Source of the DNA: Thermoplasmata archaeon
GTDB lineage: Archaea; Thermoplasmatota; Thermoplasmata; Lutacidiplasmatales; UBA184
Length of the DNA stretch: 64,000 nt
NCBI GenBank assembly: GCA_028864975.1
Contig: JAGWLG010000004.1
Location: forward strand, 32,001 to 96,000
Direction: 5' to 3'
Part shown: piece by piece, positions 1 to 9,799 of the stretch
Numbering within the stretch: the first letter of the stretch is position 1
How the letters are laid out: each line of letters opens with the position of its first letter
Made by a program: the position numbers and the translations under genes
The notes under the pieces: generated by a model
Told to the model about the DNA's origin: nothing
Databases searched by the model: none
Seen by the model: the letters and a program-made list of their open reading frames with translations, nothing else

Positions 1-1955
1 GCGGGTGAAGGCTCCTCGGAGAGTAGTTTGAGCAGGGCGTCGTGCAGCACCTGATTGTTCCCGAGCCCGTCGAGCGCGAACGCGAGCCGTCCCTCCTCCA
101 GGATCGCTTCCTCGCGCTTGCCCTCCGCGCCGGCTCCCGTCCCCTCGCTTCTGCGCATCTCGCGCAGCCACGCCAGGTAGGTCCCGCCCACCTCGACGGC
201 CGAACGCGCGGTCGCGACCTGCAACGCCTTCACGATCCAGGGGCGGGCGCGCCGACCATCCCCTGCGTCGTGGTACAAGCGGGCCAGCTCTTCCGTCCTC
301 TCAGGACGGTGCATCGACCACCACTCCGCGAGCTTGCCCGCGACCTCCCGGCGGGAGGCCGGCGCCATCTCGGCCAAGGTCACTTCCCCGACGAGCGGAT
401 GCGCGCAGACCCAGCGCTCCCCCTCCGGTTCGATCAGCCGACGCCGTCGGTAGAGGTTCTCGAGGCGATCGAGCACCTCTCGGGCGGGGGTTCCCAGGAC
501 CTCGGACACCGGGGAGAGCTCGAACTCGCTCCCGGAGACGGCCGCGCACTCGAGCACCCTTCGTTCCTCCGGGGGAAGCGCTTCGAGCCGCCGTGCGACC
601 AAACGTCGTACAGAAGCGGGCAGGGACTCGGCCGCGTCGCTCGGGGGCAGGTCCAGCACCGCCCCCCGGGAGGTCCGTCGCAGGCGCCCCTCTTCGATGA
701 GCTGGGCCAGGATCTCTCGCAGGAAGTACGGGTTGCCCTCGGTCCGGTGGACGAGACGGTCGACGGCGCTGCGCTCGGCGACCTCGACCGAGGGCGCGTC
801 CACCGCGAGGGCGGCGAGACGGAGCACGTCCTCCGCCCCCAGCCCCTTGAGACCGAGCACCTGGAGCAGCCCCTCGCGGGAGAGGGCGTCGCGCGCCTCC
901 TCGAGACCGGTGAAGGCGACCGCCCGTTCGGGGCTCTCCTCCTCGCGAAAGGCGACGACCAGAAGGACCGGGAGCCCCGACTGGTTCCGTGCGAGGAACT
1001 GGAAGGCCGAGACCGATTGCGGGTCGGCCCACTGAAGGTCGTCCAGGATGAGGAGCTGCGGGGCGCGGCCCGCCGCTTCCTCGAGCATCGAGAGGTAGCG
1101 CATCAGGGTCGCGGCGGGGGTCTCGGGTCCAGATGAGGGGGAAGCTCCCTTGTCCGCGGCGGCCTTCGGGTCCTCCCGTTCCACCTCAGCGTCGGACTCC
1201 AGCAGGGAGACCTCCCGGGGCTCCAGGGCCGACGGATTGAGCGTGGTCAGAAGATGGCCGTCCGTCTCCGAGGCGACGTCGTGCAGGAACTGCAGGAGCC
1301 GCAGGACCGGAGGGAAGGCGTTCTGGCTCACGAGGTACTCGAGCCCCTCGACGGCGACGACCCGTCCTGGACCCCCTCGCAGGTGCGCCTCGAGCCTCTC
1401 CCCGAGCGCATCGATCGCCCCGGGGGCCACGTGGTCGCTCCCTTCCAGACGTGTCATCCAGAGGAGGGTCGCGCCATCCTTCAGTGCGGGTCGGGTCTCT
1501 CGGAGCGAGCTCGGCTTCTCCCGCGTCACGAGGAGGAGCGAGGACCCTCGTGCGGCCTCTTCGACCTGGTTCCAGAACCTTCGGGGCCGCCCCTCCTCCA
1601 CGATCCTCATCGTGGGAAGCGCGGGGTCCGTAGGAGCGTCCTCGCCTCGGGGAACGTTCGGGGGGACCGAGCCCCGCCGGAACACCTGCTCGAACGGGAA
1701 GAACGGGGCCAGCGACTCCTTGAGGCACCCCCCCGCCCGTACCTCGAAGCCTCTTCCTCGCGCCTCCTCCTCCAGCCATCGGAGCAGCCGCGTCTTCCCC
1801 ATGCCTCCCGGGCCGGTCAGGGCCCAGCTCTCGCCCCGGCCCCCGGCGGCGCGCTCGAGGGCCGCGCGGAGGTCGCGGGTCTCGCGTTCCCGCCCGACGA
1901 GCGGCGGCTGGAGCGCTCGGCCCGATGCTGGAGGGGAGTCCCGCGATATCTCCAC
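1..1955 (-). CDS. AAA_16/STAND-like ATPase with inserted DUF835-like domain; 3' end runs off the window
   Basis: Translated by hand; absent from the ORF track because no stop lies in the window. LVGRERE, Walker A GPGGMGKT, Walker B LLILDDLQWAD, TEGNPYF and LPASVRRLVARRL. Start GTG 1955 is tentative. Confidence 0.85.
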   Translation of the reverse strand, partial: MEISRDSPPASGRALQPPLVGRERETRDLRAALERAAGGRGESWALTGPGGMGKTRLLRWLEEEARGRGFEVRAGGCLKESLAPFFPFEQVFRRGSVPPNVPRGEDAPTDPALPTMRIVEEGRPRRFWNQVEEAARGSSLLLVTREKPSSLRETRPALKDGATLLWMTRLEGSDHVAPGAIDALGERLEAHLRGGPGRVVAVEGLEYLVSQNAFPPVLRLLQFLHDVASETDGHLLTTLNPSALEPREVSLLESDAEVEREDPKAAADKGASPSSGPETPAATLMRYLSMLEEAAGRAPQLLILDDLQWADPQSVSAFQFLARNQSGLPVLLVVAFREEESPERAVAFTGLEEARDALSREGLLQVLGLKGLGAEDVLRLAALAVDAPSVEVAERSAVDRLVHRTEGNPYFLREILAQLIEEGRLRRTSRGAVLDLPPSDAAESLPASVRRLVARRLEALPPEERRVLECAAVSGSEFELSPVSEVLGTPAREVLDRLENLYRRRRLIEPEGERWVCAHPLVGEVTLAEMAPASRREVAGKLAEWWSMHRPERTEELARLYHDAGDGRRARPWIVKALQVATARSAVEVGGTYLAWLREMRRSEGTGAGAEGKREEAILEEGRLAFALDGLGNNQVLHDALLKLLSEEPSP

Positions 1956-2224
1956 GGGCCGCGTCAGAGCTTTCTGCCGTAAGAGCGTGCCCGTTACCGG
2001 ACCGTTCCAAAGCGAAGAGTGGTTGGGGTTCGGGCGACTGATGTGGGGCAACTCGTCTAAGAGCTGAACCCACCTGCCCGACAGCAGCTCCACCGGTAAT
2101 GGGGGATGCGACAAACCACCTCGCATAGGGCCACCGGGCTCTCGACGTTGTGGAACGGTGACGAACGCAGAGAGAGCTCGTCCCCGGCCGCGCGGTTCAA
2201 ATCCTTCTCCCTCATGACTACCGC

Positions 2225-2542
2225 GTGGCGTGTCTCGCCTGTGGCTCCCAGAGCGCCGGCTACCGGAGTAGCTGCGGAGCCTTTCTATGCCAGAAGTGCG
2301 CTTCGCGCCCCTGCCCCTCCTGTGGAGAGAAGTACGATACCCTGATGCTCAACTACCTGCCGGCCCAGCCGGAGACCGCCCTTCCCGTCCCGACCGGTTC
2401 GCGCTTCGCCCCCCCTCCTCCTCCGCAACCCCAGGTCATCTACCGTGAGACCATCGTCGTCAAGATCCCGTGCAAGCACTGCGGCTATCTGAACCTCAAC
2501 ACTGACCCGCGGTGCTCGAGCTGCGGGGCACCATCAAAGTAG
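2225..2542 (+). CDS. Small multi-zinc-ribbon protein
   Basis: CLAC, CQKC, CPSC, CKHC and CSSC motifs around a Pro-rich linker. Confidence 0.7.
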   Translation: MACLACGSQSAGYRSSCGAFLCQKCASRPCPSCGEKYDTLMLNYLPAQPETALPVPTGSRFAPPPPPQPQVIYRETIVVKIPCKHCGYLNLNTDPRCSSCGAPSK

Positions 2543-2882
2543 TAGGACGCTTGCACCCCGTCGAGGTCTCCGACCTTTCACCTCTGCCAGTGGACCGCCC
2601 AAGATGCGGAGGGACCGAAGCACACCACGACGGGCCTGACGCGGAAGTCCACCGGAGGCCAGGACCGAGGAACGGGAGCTTCGTCGCGCTGGCCATGGGG
2701 AACCAGGCGGAGCACTCGCTCCCGACATTCTCGGCGAGCTCGGGTCCTCGAGGAGAAGTTGAGAGGCCGTGGTTCATTGCCCCCAAACGAGAGGTCATTC
2801 GTGTCGGGGGGCAAGACGCATTCCTCCCTCCTCAGCGCCCCTCGAAGCGAAGATTGAAGTCAAGCCGTACGGTGTCGACCCT

Positions 2883-5342
2883 GTGGCGGTTCCACGGCAA
2901 GCGGTTCTCGGTCGTATACTCTCTCTGACCTTGGTACCCCTGCTCGTCCTCGGACTAGGGCTGGCGGCGGTCACCGCGACCAGCGGGCCACCCAAGAGTG
3001 GCTGCGTACTCCCCTCGCATTGCTCGTCGGAGCCATCCCGTGCCGGTGGCCGTCCTACGGGTTCGGCGCGAGCGCTTGCGCCTTCGGCCCCAGGACTGTC
3101 CATCCCGTCGGTGCAGGGGCCACCGCACGGTCGTGGCTCGACGGGCGACCCCCCAGGTCGCGCGAACGAAGCGGGGCCCTCAAGCGACCACGGGGTCGTC
3201 CTACCAGGCCCCGAGGTCGTCACCCTTACAGGTCCTCAACAGGTCTCCACCTGGGGCGCCACCGATACCTACGTCGCGGTGCTGTCGGGGCCTCTGGTGC
3301 CTTCGAACTATACGTGGGACATCGACGAGCAGGCCGCCGGCGGCGTTGTCGAGCACACCACGGTGCCTACCGTCGATGTCACTTGGACCGCGGCGATGTG
3401 CTACAGCGGCGTCGTCAACACCATCTTCGCCGTGAGCGTCACCGTCTCGTTCCAATCGACCCCTCTGATCCCCAACCCTCGAGGGGGTTACGACTCTATG
3501 ACCGCAGAGCTCGTTGTCTACCCACCCACGTCCCCCCCAACGGGTTGCTACTCCTCTCCCCCTCCCTATCTCCTGTACAGCCTGTCAAGTTGGGGGGATC
3601 GGCCGCAGGTCTTCCTCCACCCGACCTCGTACGCTAACACGACGAGTCATGTATGGCTCAACACGACCGCGGGAGCCACGGGGGCCTCCGTGACCGTCTG
3701 CGATCTTCCCGTGACCACATGCAGCCCCTCGTACACAAACATGACGGGCAACTTCGACTTCCTCGCGCAGTTCTACCCTAGTTCCGGGTGCTGTGGCTTT
3801 GGCCCGGGATGGACCGGCATCACGGTCGTCATGGACTACGTTCCCTTCCAGTCGGTGGGGAAGTTCATGGTGCAGTTCTTCAATCTTGCCGACGGTCTCC
3901 AGGCCTCAGCCACCGCCTCTCCACTGCAGGGGGTCCTTCCTCTCCCCGTATCGTTCGGGTCCAGCGCTCGGGGCGGTCTCCCGCCCTACACGTTCAACTG
4001 GACCTTTGGTGACGGGACGTCCGTCTACTTCACGCAGAATCCTAACCACACGTTCACCTCGACAGGTACCTTCCATGCGTGGCTCAACGTGACCGATTCG
4101 CTGGGTTTCTCCGTGAGCGTTGCGCTTCCCGCGATCGCGGTGGTCAGTCCCCTGAGCGCGGTCATCGTCCCTAGCTCCGTCGCCGGCCCCCCGCCCTTCA
4201 CAGTGAGCTTGGCAGCTTCCCTATCCGGAGGTCTGCCCCCCTTCCAGTACTCATGGGACCTGGGCAACGGTGCGACGGCGAGCGGGCCCTCGACGGCGGC
4301 CACCTACGTCCAACCGGGCGCCTACCTGGTCTCGCTCACGGTCTCCGATGCCCTCAGCGAGCTTGCCACGACCTACGCGATCCTGCGGGCCGACGGGGCA
4401 CCGACGTTCCCGGTGACATTCCAGGAGTCTGGACTTCCCTCGGGCGTCCAGTGGGGCGTGGCCGTAGATGGGGACCTGCCCCTGAGCACGGGCCCTTCGC
4501 TCACCGTGGACCTCCCCAATGCGACCTATGTCTACGGAGCCGTGGCAGCCGCGCGCTATCTCGCCCAGCCCGCCACGGGCATCTTCACCGTTCAGGGCAG
4601 CCCGGTCTCGGTTCACGTCTCCTTCGTGGCCTCTCCTGCGCCCTCGTTCCTCCTCGATTTTCTGTCGTCGGACCTACCACGAGGAGTCAACTGGACGGTG
4701 CACTTGGCCCACGGTGGTGTGCCCCTCGCGTCGGGAGGATGCGCCTGCGCGTCCGTCCCCTTCGTGGTCCCGAACGGAGCCTACGGTTTCACGGTTGGGG
4801 GCGCGTCGGGCTTCAAGTCCAACCGGACCGTGGGGAACGCTACGATTCAGGGAGCTGCCGACTTTGTCCTGATCGGCTGGGACCGTCTCTATCCCGTCGC
4901 ATTCAACGAAACGGGACTTCCGGCCTCCACGAATTGGTCGGTCCAGCTGGGTGGGGACAGGTGGAGCACGACCACGAACAGCGTGACCTTTGAGGCCGTC
5001 AATGGGACGTACAACTTCACGGTCCTCGGACCCCAGGGGTACCGAGCCTCTCCAGGTTCGGGCAGTCTGTCCGTACATGGGCCCGCCTTGGTTTCGATCA
5101 CTTTCTCCTCGTCGTCCTCAACCTGGGCCGGCTTAGCGGGCTTCTTCGCCCGCAATCCGTGGCTGGTGGTGGGCGCGGGCGCAAGTACGATCGCAGTCGC
5201 GCTGGGGATATGGCGATGGAAGAAGCCCCCATCCCGCCGGAGGACCGCGGCCACGAAGGGCGAGCCGTCGTCGGAGCCCTCGGGAGGATCTGGTCCATCC
5301 GATCCTAACTCTAGCACCCACGGCGGCACCAGCGTGAGCTGA
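2883..5342 (+). CDS. Membrane-anchored cell-surface protein with PKD domains and thermopsin-associated beta repeats
   Basis: Signal-like hydrophobic N-terminus; two PKD motifs (FNWTFGDG, YSWDLGNG); three repeats of type VTFQESGLPSGVQWGV; C-terminal TM plus basic residues. Start moved to GTG 2883 (track 2769). Confidence 0.8.
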   Translation: MAVPRQAVLGRILSLTLVPLLVLGLGLAAVTATSGPPKSGCVLPSHCSSEPSRAGGRPTGSARALAPSAPGLSIPSVQGPPHGRGSTGDPPGRANEAGPSSDHGVVLPGPEVVTLTGPQQVSTWGATDTYVAVLSGPLVPSNYTWDIDEQAAGGVVEHTTVPTVDVTWTAAMCYSGVVNTIFAVSVTVSFQSTPLIPNPRGGYDSMTAELVVYPPTSPPTGCYSSPPPYLLYSLSSWGDRPQVFLHPTSYANTTSHVWLNTTAGATGASVTVCDLPVTTCSPSYTNMTGNFDFLAQFYPSSGCCGFGPGWTGITVVMDYVPFQSVGKFMVQFFNLADGLQASATASPLQGVLPLPVSFGSSARGGLPPYTFNWTFGDGTSVYFTQNPNHTFTSTGTFHAWLNVTDSLGFSVSVALPAIAVVSPLSAVIVPSSVAGPPPFTVSLAASLSGGLPPFQYSWDLGNGATASGPSTAATYVQPGAYLVSLTVSDALSELATTYAILRADGAPTFPVTFQESGLPSGVQWGVAVDGDLPLSTGPSLTVDLPNATYVYGAVAAARYLAQPATGIFTVQGSPVSVHVSFVASPAPSFLLDFLSSDLPRGVNWTVHLAHGGVPLASGGCACASVPFVVPNGAYGFTVGGASGFKSNRTVGNATIQGAADFVLIGWDRLYPVAFNETGLPASTNWSVQLGGDRWSTTTNSVTFEAVNGTYNFTVLGPQGYRASPGSGSLSVHGPALVSITFSSSSSTWAGLAGFFARNPWLVVGAGASTIAVALGIWRWKKPPSRRRTAATKGEPSSEPSGGSGPSDPNSSTHGGTSVS

Positions 5343-5706
5343 CTTCGCCGTCGTTACGAGCGACCTCGCAGACGGTAACGAAAGCAGACGGAGGACTGCA
5401 GCTCAAGTGCAGAAGGGCCCGCTGAGACCTCTACTTACGACTGCGAGTCATCTCGAGCCATCACGTGAACTCATGGACCCCTCGACGACCAGGTCGGCGT
5501 TCCATCACCCTACGGGGAGCTCCCGTCGGCGAGTAGCCCGATGTAGATCCCGGCGGGGTGCCTGCCCTTATCGACGAAGCGCGGGTCGGAGCCCAGGATG
5601 GCACTGGGTAGTCGTGGTCGAAAAGCCGTGAGGGGTGCTCATGGAGTCCCGGCGACCCATCCGCTCCCAGTTTCGGGCGCGCTCTCTCAGGCCGCTCAGC
5701 GTACAG

Positions 5707-5713
5707 TTTTATA
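5707..5713 (+). promoter_or_regulatory. TATA box for rps12-rps7-fusA
   Basis: TTTTATA about 40 nt upstream of the rps12 ATG in a GC-rich background. Confidence 0.55.
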
Positions 5714-5752
5714 GGGAACCTATGTGGCCCGACCCCCCCAAAGGACCCCTCG

Positions 5753-6193
5753 ATGTCACCCCCGCCACCCTCCGGCACCTTCACGGCCGGCAAGCTCCGG
5801 CACCTTCGGCAGCGACGGCGCTGGTCCGACCGGTACTACAAGCGTCGGGAGCTCCATCTCAAGGAGCGGTCGGACCCTCTGGAGGGCGCTCCCCAGGGCC
5901 GAGGGATCGTGATCGAGAAGGTCGGGGTCGAGGCGAAGCAGCCCAACTCGGCCATCCGCAAGTGCGTCAAGGTCCAGCTCATCAAGAACGGCCGTCAGGT
6001 GACAGCCTTCGCGGTGGGGGACGGCGCGATCAACTTCATCGACGAACACGACGAGGTCCTCGTCGAGGGCATCGGAGGGCGCATGGGAAGGTCCTACGGC
6101 GATATCCCCGGGGTCCGCTACAAGGTCATCAAGGTCAACAACGTCTCGTTGGACGAGCTCGTTCGGGGCCGTAAGGAGAAGCCGCAGCGATGA
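5753..6193 (+). CDS. rps12: 30S ribosomal protein uS12 (archaeal type)
   Basis: [19 protein letters not shown] and [10 protein letters not shown]. Confidence 0.98.
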   Translation: MSPPPPSGTFTAGKLRHLRQRRRWSDRYYKRRELHLKERSDPLEGAPQGRGIVIEKVGVEAKQPNSAIRKCVKVQLIKNGRQVTAFAVGDGAINFIDEHDEVLVEGIGGRMGRSYGDIPGVRYKVIKVNNVSLDELVRGRKEKPQR

Positions 6194-6933
6194 GCCCGAA
6201 AGAGGAGAAGACCGTGGCCGCCGCCCCCGCCGCGGCGGTGGCCGCCGTCCTGCCCCCTGCCGCGCCCTCCACCTCCGCGGGGGCCCCGGCCGCTTCGGTC
6301 TCGGTGGTCGGCGACGAGGAGGGTACCCTCCCCACGAGCGCGCCGGCCCCTCCGCCCCGACCCCGGCTCCCGTTCCCGCCGCTCTTCGGACGGTTCAGCT
6401 TCGAGGGCGTCGAGGTGCACGACCCCGGGCTCAAGAACTACCTCTTCCTGGACCCGGTCTACCTCCCGCACTCAGAAGGTCGGCTCGCCAACCACCCCTT
6501 CTCGAAGACCCGGATGCATGTGGTCGAGCGCCTGGCGAACGACCTGATGAAGACCGGGAAGTTCACGGGGAAGAAGGCGAAGGCCCTGAAGACCGTACGG
6601 GACGCCCTGACGGTCCTGGCGAAGCAGCCCGGGGCGAACCCGCTCCAGCTCCTGGTCGATGCGATCGAGAACTCGGCCCCACGGGAGGAGGTCACCCGTC
6701 TCCAGTTCGGAGGCATCTCCGTGCCGCGGGCCGTCGATTCTGCTCCTGCCCGCCGCTTGAACGTCGCGCTGCGCAACCTCGCCCAAGGGGCGATCCAGGC
6801 CACCAAGGGCCCCGGGGTCGCGATCTCGGACGCCCTCGCGAAGGAGATCCTCCTCGCCTCCAAGGGGGACGCGGGGTCCTTCGCCGTGGCGCGCAAGGAA
6901 GAGGTCGAGCGCGTCGCGCAGTCGGCCCGCTGA
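6190..6933 (+). CDS. rps7: 30S ribosomal protein uS7 with Ala/Pro-rich N-terminal extension
   Basis: [18 protein letters not shown] and [13 protein letters not shown]; ATGA overlap with rps12. Confidence 0.97.
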   Translation: MSPKEEKTVAAAPAAAVAAVLPPAAPSTSAGAPAASVSVVGDEEGTLPTSAPAPPPRPRLPFPPLFGRFSFEGVEVHDPGLKNYLFLDPVYLPHSEGRLANHPFSKTRMHVVERLANDLMKTGKFTGKKAKALKTVRDALTVLAKQPGANPLQLLVDAIENSAPREEVTRLQFGGISVPRAVDSAPARRLNVALRNLAQGAIQATKGPGVAISDALAKEILLASKGDAGSFAVARKEEVERVAQSAR

Positions 6934-6982
6934 GCACACCTCGGGCGCCCGGTCGGACAGAGAGAGCAGGTAGGAAGGCACC

Positions 6983-9187
6983 ATGGGACACATCCGCGCG
7001 GAGCTTGCGAAGGCCATTCCCGAGATGATGCACGTCCGGGAGAACATCCGGAACATCGGGATCGTGGCGCACATCCACCACGGGAAGACCACCCTCTCGG
7101 ACAACCTGCTCGCCGCGGCGGGAATGATCAGCGAGGAGCTCGCGGGGAAGCAGCTCTACCTCAACTTCGACGAGCAGGAACAGGCGAGATTGCTCACCAT
7201 CAACAACGCGGACGTGACCATCGTCCACGCCTACGAGGGGAAGAGCTACCTCATCAACCTCATCGACACGCCCGGGCACGTCGACTTCGGCGGGGACGTG
7301 ACGCGCGCCATGAGGGCGGTGGACGGCGCCGTGGTGCTGGTCTGCGCCGTCGAGGGCGTCATGGCCCAGACCGAGACCGTGCTGCGGCAGGCGCTGCGCG
7401 AGAAGGTGAAGCCCGTCCTCTTCATCAACAAGGTCGACCGAGCGATCCGGGAGCTCAAGCTGACCCCGGAGGCGATGCAGAAGCGCTTCGTCAACATCAT
7501 CACGGAGGTCAACGAGCTCATCCGAAAGATGGCCCCCGAGGAGTTCATCGAGAAGTGGAGCGTCAAGGTCGAGAACGGCACCGTCGCCTTCGGTAGCGGG
7601 CACGACAACTGGGCGATCAGCTTCCCCTACATGCGGCGCACAGGGATCAAGTTCGCCGATATCGTGCGGCTGGTCAACGAGGGGAAGGGCAAGGAGCTCG
7701 CCCAGAAGGCCCTCATCAACGACGTCGTCTTCGACATGGTGGTCAAGCACCTCCCGAGCCCGCTGGAGGCGCAGCGTTACCGCATCCCCCACATCTGGAA
7801 GGGACCGCTCGACAGCCGTGTCGGGAAGGCCGAGGTCACCTGCGACCCGGACGGCCCGCTCGCCTTCATGATCACCGACATCACCATGGACCCGAACGCG
7901 GGGGAGATCGCGACCGGGCGGGTCTTCTCCGGCCGCGTCGCCAAGGGGACCGAGGTCTCCATCGTCGGGACCAAGTCCAAGAACCGCATCCAGCACGTCT
8001 CCCTGTTCATGGGCCCCGAGCGGCTCATGGTCGAGGAAGTGACGGCGGGGAACATCGCGGCCGTCATCGGGCTCACCGACGCGTTCGTCGGCTCGACGAT
8101 CTCGACCGACCCCGAGATGGTGGAGTTCGAGGAGATCCGCCACGTGAGCGAGCCGGTGGTCACGGTGGCCATCGAGCCCAAGCACATGGGCGACCTTCCG
8201 AAGCTGATCGAGGTCATGCGCAAGGTGGCGAAGGAGGACGCTTCGCTGAGGGTCGAGATCAACAACGAGACCGGCGAGCACCTGCTCTCGGGGATGGGCG
8301 AGCTCCACCTCGAGATCACGCAGTACCGGATTGTCAACGACTACCACGTCGAGATCACGGCCTCGCCTCCGATCGTCGTCTACCGCGAGACCGTGGGCGG
8401 CAAGAGCCCCCAGGCCTTCGAGGGGAAGTCTCCGAACAAGCACAACCGGTTCTACATCGAGACCGAGCCGCTCCCCGCGGCCGTGGTCAAGGCCATCCAG
8501 GAGGGCGAGATCCACCAGGGGAAGTCCTTCAAGGACATCAAGACGGTCGTCCAGAAGCTGGTCGACCTCGGCATCGACCGCGACGAGGCGAAGGGGATCA
8601 CCGCCGTGGAGGACACCAACATCCTCTTCGACGCGACCAAGGGGATCCAGTACCTCCACGAGACCATGGACCTGGTCATCGACGCCTTCAAGGAGGCGAT
8701 GGGACGGGGACCGCTCGCGGCCGAGAAGTCCCGGGGCCTCCTGGTCCGCTTGGTGGATGCAAAGCTCCACGAGGACTCGATCCACCGGGGTCCGGGCCAG
8801 ACCATCCCTGCCGTCCGCTCCTCGATCTACGGGTCGATGTGCACGGCCGGACGCGTGCTCATGGAGCCGCTCTCGAAGGTCACCGTGAACGTGCCCCAGG
8901 AGGTGCTCGCCGGCGCCACGCGCGAGATGCAGCGCCGACGGGGAGAGATCCTGGACATGACCCAGGTGGGGGACCTGAACACGATCGTCGCCAAGGTCCC
9001 CGTCGCAGAGCTCTTCGGGTTCGCGAGCGACCTGCGCAGCGCGACCGCGGGCAAGGTCCTCTGGAGCACGGAGACCATGGGGTACGACCGGCTCCCCCGC
9101 GAGCTTCAGGACAAGATCGTCGGTGAGGTCCGCACGCGACGCGGGCTCAAGCCCGAGCCGTACGACGCCTCGTACTACGCCGGGTGA
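6983..9187 (+). CDS. fusA: Elongation factor 2 (aEF-2)
   Basis: DTPGHVDF, NKVD, GMGELHLE, diphthamide loop LHEDSIHRG; variant G1 AHIHHGKT and switch I RLLTI. Confidence 0.98.
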   Translation: MGHIRAELAKAIPEMMHVRENIRNIGIVAHIHHGKTTLSDNLLAAAGMISEELAGKQLYLNFDEQEQARLLTINNADVTIVHAYEGKSYLINLIDTPGHVDFGGDVTRAMRAVDGAVVLVCAVEGVMAQTETVLRQALREKVKPVLFINKVDRAIRELKLTPEAMQKRFVNIITEVNELIRKMAPEEFIEKWSVKVENGTVAFGSGHDNWAISFPYMRRTGIKFADIVRLVNEGKGKELAQKALINDVVFDMVVKHLPSPLEAQRYRIPHIWKGPLDSRVGKAEVTCDPDGPLAFMITDITMDPNAGEIATGRVFSGRVAKGTEVSIVGTKSKNRIQHVSLFMGPERLMVEEVTAGNIAAVIGLTDAFVGSTISTDPEMVEFEEIRHVSEPVVTVAIEPKHMGDLPKLIEVMRKVAKEDASLRVEINNETGEHLLSGMGELHLEITQYRIVNDYHVEITASPPIVVYRETVGGKSPQAFEGKSPNKHNRFYIETEPLPAAVVKAIQEGEIHQGKSFKDIKTVVQKLVDLGIDRDEAKGITAVEDTNILFDATKGIQYLHETMDLVIDAFKEAMGRGPLAAEKSRGLLVRLVDAKLHEDSIHRGPGQTIPAVRSSIYGSMCTAGRVLMEPLSKVTVNVPQEVLAGATREMQRRRGEILDMTQVGDLNTIVAKVPVAELFGFASDLRSATAGKVLWSTETMGYDRLPRELQDKIVGEVRTRRGLKPEPYDASYYAG

Positions 9188-9376
9188 GGTCCTCCCCGCG
9201 CTTGAATCGGGGGCTTCCTCCGGCCGTAGGGTTCTCGCCCCCACGGCCGGGGGCGGCTCGTGCTCCCTCGGACCGGCTGGTCGCTCCAAGGCGGTCGCGC
9301 GACTCTGGCGAGAAGAGGCGGGGGTCGGCCGTAGGACGCTGGGCTGTCTCCTTGGAGGCTCCGCCGAACGGCATGC

Positions 9377-9799
9377 TCAGGCGGCGCCGGAACTCGGGGG
9401 CATGTGCGTCCGCTCGGTGACCCAGTCGAACACCCTTTCCGCCCGGAGCACCATCTCTCTTGCGGTCCTCTCCTCCACCAAGGCGGGCCCGTACTGCACG
9501 GCGGTCTTCCGTTCCAAGACGTACTCGGCCTGTCTCCGAATGGCATCCAGCCCTGGTTCCGCCAGCCCTCGAAGGAGACGCAGCACGTCCAGGTGGTTCT
9601 GGCTGGTCGACTTCACCCCCAGCGACCAGCAGGTGAAGGCGTCCAGGGCGGAGATGACCGTTTGCACCGCCTCGATCGCCGCGCTGTTGAACATCCGGGC
9701 TTCGACGCAGGACTTCATGGTCCTCGAGGCCTCCTCCGCCCGCCGGAAGAAGACCACGAACTTCTCCCGAGGCAGGGGAGCGACCGAGGTCTCTTTCAC
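9377..9799 (-). CDS. HEPN-domain protein (module 1)
   Basis: Helical protein AAIEAVQTVISALDA...NHLDV...KTAVQY; GTG start overlaps the upstream MNT stop (GTGA). Confidence 0.75.
   Translation of the reverse strand: MKETSVAPLPREKFVVFFRRAEEASRTMKSCVEARMFNSAAIEAVQTVISALDAFTCWSLGVKSTSQNHLDVLRLLRGLAEPGLDAIRRQAEYVLERKTAVQYGPALVEERTAREMVLRAERVFDWVTERTHMPPSSGAA

Noticed and set aside
2010-2067. Possible C/D-box sRNA (two CTGA boxes)
   Set aside because: C and C' boxes fit poorly and the spacing is off.
2194-2204. T-loop-like GGTTCAAATCC (tRNA remnant or att site)
   Set aside because: The T-stem closes only 2 bp; no acceptor or anticodon arm; no integrase nearby.
5396-5412. CTGCA-GCTCAAG-TGCAG hairpin with TCA (Sec-like anticodon arm)
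   Set aside because: Loop lacks the C/U32-U33 pattern and no cloverleaf surrounds it.
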